64,000 bases of DNA from Geopsychrobacteraceae bacterium (GTDB taxonomy: Bacteria; Desulfobacterota; Desulfuromonadia; Desulfuromonadales; Geopsychrobacteraceae): positions 1,056,001 to 1,120,000 of the forward strand of contig OY759353.1 of NCBI GenBank assembly GCA_963662315.1, in the 5' to 3' direction. Below are positions 60,059-64,000 of this stretch, piece by piece. Each line of letters begins with the position of its first letter. Positions within the stretch are counted from its first letter, which is position 1. The notes below the pieces were generated by a model that had not been told where the DNA came from, did not search any database, and saw only the letters and a list, made by a program, of their open reading frames with translations. The position numbers and the translations under genes are program-made.

Positions 60059-62122
60059 TTGAATGACCTTAAGTCGGAAAAAAGTCCTTACCTTCTCCAG
60101 CATGCCTCTAATCCGGTAAATTGGTTTCCGTGGGGAGACAAAGCCCTCGCAGCGGCACGCCAGGCAAACAAGCCGATCTTTATTTCAATCGGTTATTCCA
60201 CCTGTCACTGGTGTCACGTTATGGCCCACGAATCATTTGAAAATCAACACATCGCTGGACTTCTCAATAAAGATTTTATTGCGATTAAGGTTGATCGTGA
60301 AGAAAGACCCGATATTGACACCACATACATGCAAGCCTGCCAGCTCATGACCGGACAGGGTGGCTGGCCGCTAAACCTGTTTTTATGTCCGGACGGCAAA
60401 CCTTTCTATGCTTTCACCTATTTGCCTCCACAGCGTTCAGGGCAGTCCCCGGGATTTTCTGAAGTTATCGAAAAAGTTGCTAAAATCTGGCACACCCAAC
60501 CTGACAACTTAATTGAGGCCGGGAGGCGCCTGAGTAAAGCGCTACAGGAGCAGGAAAACGAAGTCATAAAAACTCAACCTGAAGAAACAATAATCATTGC
60601 CGCACTGACAACGTACCAGGAGTCTTTTGATTCCGAGTATGGCGGTTTCGGCCAAGCCCCCAAGTTTCCACAACCGCACAATGCATCATTTCTACTCAGA
60701 TCAGCAGCTCGAAAAGGTAGCAAGTTAGCTGCAGATATGGCACTTCACACACTTAAAAGTATTGCCAACGGAGGTATCACAGATCAGCTCGGTGGAGGCC
60801 TTCATCGCTACTCCGTTGATCACAATTGGCTTGTTCCACACTTCGAAAAGATGCTTTATGATCAGGCCCTCATCGGGGCAGCTTACCTTGACGCCTGGCA
60901 CTACACGGGAGAAGAGTTCTTTCGTAATGCCTGCAATGCCGTTCTGGGATATTGTCTGAAAGAGCTTCAACATCAAGAAGGCGGTTTTTTCTGCGGTGAA
61001 GATGCTGATTCAGAAGGTGCGGAAGGGACCTTTTATCTATGGACCATTGAGCAATTGGCATCATTGCTGACGGCTGAAGAGTTACAGGTTATTACCGCGT
61101 ATTACCAAGTCTCTCCCCATGGTCAATTTGAAGGGAAAAATATTTTCCACCGAAAAACAGAACTGCAAGACATTGCGTCCGATCTACAAATTTCCCTGAA
61201 TCAGACCACCACCTACCTCAATCAAGCCGCAAAGAAATTACTTGACCAACGCAACAAACGACCGCGGCCACATCTTGATGATAAAATCCTCACCGGCTGG
61301 AACGGCTTAATGATTTCTATCCTGGCCCGGGCGGGTGCGGCATATGGAAATGAGCATTTTCTTAAAGCAGCTCTGAGAGCAGTAGAATTTGTCTGCAAAC
61401 GACTTTTCCCCGATGGTAAACTTCTCCGCCGCTACCGCGATGCAGACAGTTCTATTTCTGCCTTTCATGAGGATTATGCATTTTTTATTTTTGGTCTGAT
61501 AGATCTCTTCCTGGTTACGGCGCAGCATAAATACCTGGATCTGGCAATAGCCCTGCAAGAACGCTGCAACCAACTGTTCAGAAGTACTGACGGTGGGTAT
61601 TATGACAGCGAAAGAGAATTTATCTCTGGAATCGGTCGTGGCCGCAGCAAACAAGATGGTGCTATCCCTGCGGCAGCTTCGGTAACAGCCCACAACCTGA
61701 TCAGGATGGGGCGCCTTACGGATAATTCAGGCATGGAAAAAGATGCTGAAATCCTTCTGCAGCAGCAACTCAGCCATGCCGGACGCTACCCGACGGCGTT
61801 CGCGTTTTCCCTGCAGGCACTGGACCTGCTTCTTGCTGAGAAAATGACGTTATTGATTGTTATAGATGAAAAAGAAAAACGTTTATCGCAACCTTGGCAA
61901 ACCGTTGTGAATCAATTCAGACCTCACCTACTGACCCTGGTTACGGCTCATCCTGACGAGCTAAAAGGGAAATTGACGTTGGCAGAGCATAAGCAGGCCA
62001 TTAACAATCAAACGACTGCATGGCTCTGTACCGGATCATTTTGTCTTGATCCGGTCACGGAACCAGCAGAACTTGAAAAGTTACTTTGTCATTATGCGCC
62101 TTTAAACACCTTCAGCAGATGA
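60059..62122 (+). CDS. YyaL/SPATA20-type thioredoxin-domain plus (alpha/alpha)6 protein
   Basis: [39 protein letters not shown] start after RBS GGAGG. Confidence 0.9.
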   Translation: MNDLKSEKSPYLLQHASNPVNWFPWGDKALAAARQANKPIFISIGYSTCHWCHVMAHESFENQHIAGLLNKDFIAIKVDREERPDIDTTYMQACQLMTGQGGWPLNLFLCPDGKPFYAFTYLPPQRSGQSPGFSEVIEKVAKIWHTQPDNLIEAGRRLSKALQEQENEVIKTQPEETIIIAALTTYQESFDSEYGGFGQAPKFPQPHNASFLLRSAARKGSKLAADMALHTLKSIANGGITDQLGGGLHRYSVDHNWLVPHFEKMLYDQALIGAAYLDAWHYTGEEFFRNACNAVLGYCLKELQHQEGGFFCGEDADSEGAEGTFYLWTIEQLASLLTAEELQVITAYYQVSPHGQFEGKNIFHRKTELQDIASDLQISLNQTTTYLNQAAKKLLDQRNKRPRPHLDDKILTGWNGLMISILARAGAAYGNEHFLKAALRAVEFVCKRLFPDGKLLRRYRDADSSISAFHEDYAFFIFGLIDLFLVTAQHKYLDLAIALQERCNQLFRSTDGGYYDSEREFISGIGRGRSKQDGAIPAAASVTAHNLIRMGRLTDNSGMEKDAEILLQQQLSHAGRYPTAFAFSLQALDLLLAEKMTLLIVIDEKEKRLSQPWQTVVNQFRPHLLTLVTAHPDELKGKLTLAEHKQAINNQTTAWLCTGSFCLDPVTEPAELEKLLCHYAPLNTFSR

Positions 62123-63747
62123 GGCACTAATTGCTTTTTACGGGACAGGACCCCTTCTAACCGGTAAATATTGTCAGCTTCCTGAGGATAACCAATAATA
62201 AAAGGCAATTCATTTGGCCCAGCCGTCACGAGTAAACTCATTTCCAGAACGATATCGGTCACCAGCAGAGCAGCTAACTCATACCCCTTCTCTTTACGCA
62301 GTAAGGCCAGGTCTGACTGAAGTTCATCGCGGCGTTCATTAAAGGAATGAAAATTAACCACCTCAACTTGTCCAAGGCCAAGCACATAGTCCCCGACTTG
62401 ATACTCTTTAAAATCGGTCGTTATCAGTTGGCGGGCAGAACAGCCACTCGCCATAGGGCTTCCGGCCGCGAACAATTTACTGCCAAATTCCTCATGCTTA
62501 AGCCCTGAAAGCTTTTCCAGCCATGGTACCAACTGTCGATCTGTAGCCGTTGCGGTAGGAGATTTTAGAATAACGGTATCGGACATCAGCCCCGCCAGCA
62601 TCAATCCGGCAATTTTGGGGTCCGGATCAATACCCGACTGCTGATAGAGTGTAGCCACAAGTGAGCAGGTACTGCCAAGGGGCTGATTGATGAATCTTAT
62701 TGGCATATCGGTATGAAAATTACCGAGACGGTGATGATCGATGACTTCTATTATTTCGACTTTTTCTGCTCCTGGAACCGCCTGGGACAATTCATTGTGA
62801 TCAACCAATATCAACTTGACCGGAGAATTCTTGATCAAGTGACTTTTAGTGGCGACCCCGGTAATTTCCCCATTAGAAGAACATACGATAGCGCCAGCCT
62901 GCCTGCCATGTGACAGTTTCATACGCAGATCCTCAAGAAGATCATTACGCTTGACGGTCATAAAATCAGTATCAGCCAATAACCCGACCGGCGTAGCCAT
63001 ACGCGTTAGCCATACGGTATTTGCGGTATCATAACCACTAATCAGCACTGACACACCCTTTTCACGGGCGGCTTCTAATAAATTTTCATCGACCGGAGAG
63101 CTGCCGGTAATAATCAAAAGGCGTACCCCGGCATCAACCGCAAATTGCTGAATTCCGGGTCGGTCGCCGGTGATGATAATGGTATTTTCCGGGACAATCG
63201 CCTCAACCCATTCGCGAAAAGTAGCCTCCCGGCGCGCGCCAACATAGAGATTATAGTCCTTAACCTCATTCGCATCTTTAAGGTTAAAACCATGTGCCCC
63301 CAGACAACGCTGAATCGAAGCAACAGAGGCCCGGATGCGCCGCATTTTTTCAGGGTCGGTCGGAACCAGGAAAAACTCAGTCATCCGTTTCAGCAACAAC
63401 AACCCCTTAGCATGATTGTCATCGTCAACCACCGGTAACATGCGAATATGGTGCTGATGATAAAGCTCAATAGCTTTCGACATTGGTTCAGATTCATGAA
63501 TTGTGACAACCTGCTCGGTTACAACATCCTTAACCCTGGGGTGAACATCAGAAACCAGTTCAGGCATCTCTACCCCGAGGGAATCGAGAACAAATTGAGT
63601 TTGTTGATTGACGTTCCCTGCCCGTGCAGGCCTTACACAGGACAAGCCCTGGCGGCGGCGCAGTTCTGCATAGGCAATTGCACTGCAAATTGAATCTGAA
63701 TCCGGATTTCTATGGCCAATAACGTAGATTTTTTCCTGACCTGCCAT
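62092..63747 (-). CDS. ppaC: Mn-dependent family II inorganic pyrophosphatase with CBS and DRTGG domains
   Basis: [19 protein letters not shown]; start 63747 after RBS GGAGG. Confidence 0.93.
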   Translation of the reverse strand: MAGQEKIYVIGHRNPDSDSICSAIAYAELRRRQGLSCVRPARAGNVNQQTQFVLDSLGVEMPELVSDVHPRVKDVVTEQVVTIHESEPMSKAIELYHQHHIRMLPVVDDDNHAKGLLLLKRMTEFFLVPTDPEKMRRIRASVASIQRCLGAHGFNLKDANEVKDYNLYVGARREATFREWVEAIVPENTIIITGDRPGIQQFAVDAGVRLLIITGSSPVDENLLEAAREKGVSVLISGYDTANTVWLTRMATPVGLLADTDFMTVKRNDLLEDLRMKLSHGRQAGAIVCSSNGEITGVATKSHLIKNSPVKLILVDHNELSQAVPGAEKVEIIEVIDHHRLGNFHTDMPIRFINQPLGSTCSLVATLYQQSGIDPDPKIAGLMLAGLMSDTVILKSPTATATDRQLVPWLEKLSGLKHEEFGSKLFAAGSPMASGCSARQLITTDFKEYQVGDYVLGLGQVEVVNFHSFNERRDELQSDLALLRKEKGYELAALLVTDIVLEMSLLVTAGPNELPFIIGYPQEADNIYRLEGVLSRKKQLVPHLLKVFKGA

Positions 63748-63784
63748 GAAATAAACAACCTCCTGAAACAACGAATTATCACTA

Positions 63785-64000
63785 TCAAAAAGATCTCAAA
63801 GTACCTTTAACATCACCAAGTCCGATAACATTTTTAATAATCCCTTTTAACGGACGATTATTCCTATCGAAACTGGCATAAATATCTCTACTTTTCGTAC
63901 CGAAAACCGAGGGATCAACCAGAATTTTTGAGACGGTCTGAGGGCCTGAGAAAAAGGCGCGATCAAGCAACTTATCAGGGTCAACAGCTTCAACAACAAT
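63785..64000 (-). CDS. 3' end of an unidentified CDS (5' end outside window)
   Basis: Open frame from the window edge to TGA at 63785, upstream of ppaC on the same strand. Confidence 0.6.
   Translation of the reverse strand: MVVEAVDPDKLLDRAFFSGPQTVSKILVDPSVFGTKSRDIYASFDRNNRPLKGIIKNVIGLGDVKGTLRSF

Noticed and set aside
1..64000. Genome-wide reassignment of TAG as a sense codon
   Set aside because: Many full-length genes here end normally in TAG (e.g. tctA, dctM, uxuB, the NtrC regulator); only one internal TAG was seen
1..64000. CRISPR arrays, tRNA/rRNA genes, selenoprotein UGA readthrough, prophage or defence genes
   Set aside because: No regularly spaced repeats, cloverleaf motifs, in-frame TGA at catalytic Cys positions or recognisable phage/defence proteins seen by eye

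Overview
A 64 kb bacterial chromosomal window of moderate GC. The gene content (tetraheme cytochrome c3, a sigma54/NtrC two-component system, many PAS/GGDEF/EAL/HD-GYP proteins, CBS-DRTGG pyrophosphatase) suggests an anaerobic deltaproteobacterium, probably Desulfuromonadales-like; this is inference. It holds about 50 CDS: small accessory enzymes, two of them interrupted; c-di-GMP signalling genes; a TTT transporter/FAD oxidoreductase/LysR island; mrcB with an LpoP-like lipoprotein; lplA; an atypical trigger-factor paralog; a molybdopterin oxidoreductase; a TRAP/GntR/uxuAB sugar-acid locus; an amino-acid dehydrogenase plus 2-oxoacid:ferredoxin oxidoreductase operon; ispB; and ppaC. I saw no rRNA, tRNA, CRISPR array or intact mobile element. 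The most notable signal is non-coding: two candidate small RNAs that the ORF track misses. One (~108 nt, 52588-52695, minus strand) has a sigma54 promoter and an upstream palindrome and lies directly downstream of a sensor kinase/NtrC-family regulator pair. The other (~70 nt, 59916-59985, plus strand) has a near-consensus sigma70 promoter. Both end in a related terminator hairpin (ACCCCG...CGGGGU-polyU) carrying the same anti-Shine-Dalgarno motif CUACCUCCU at the apex, with compensatory stem changes. All calls come from reading the sequence; no searches were run.
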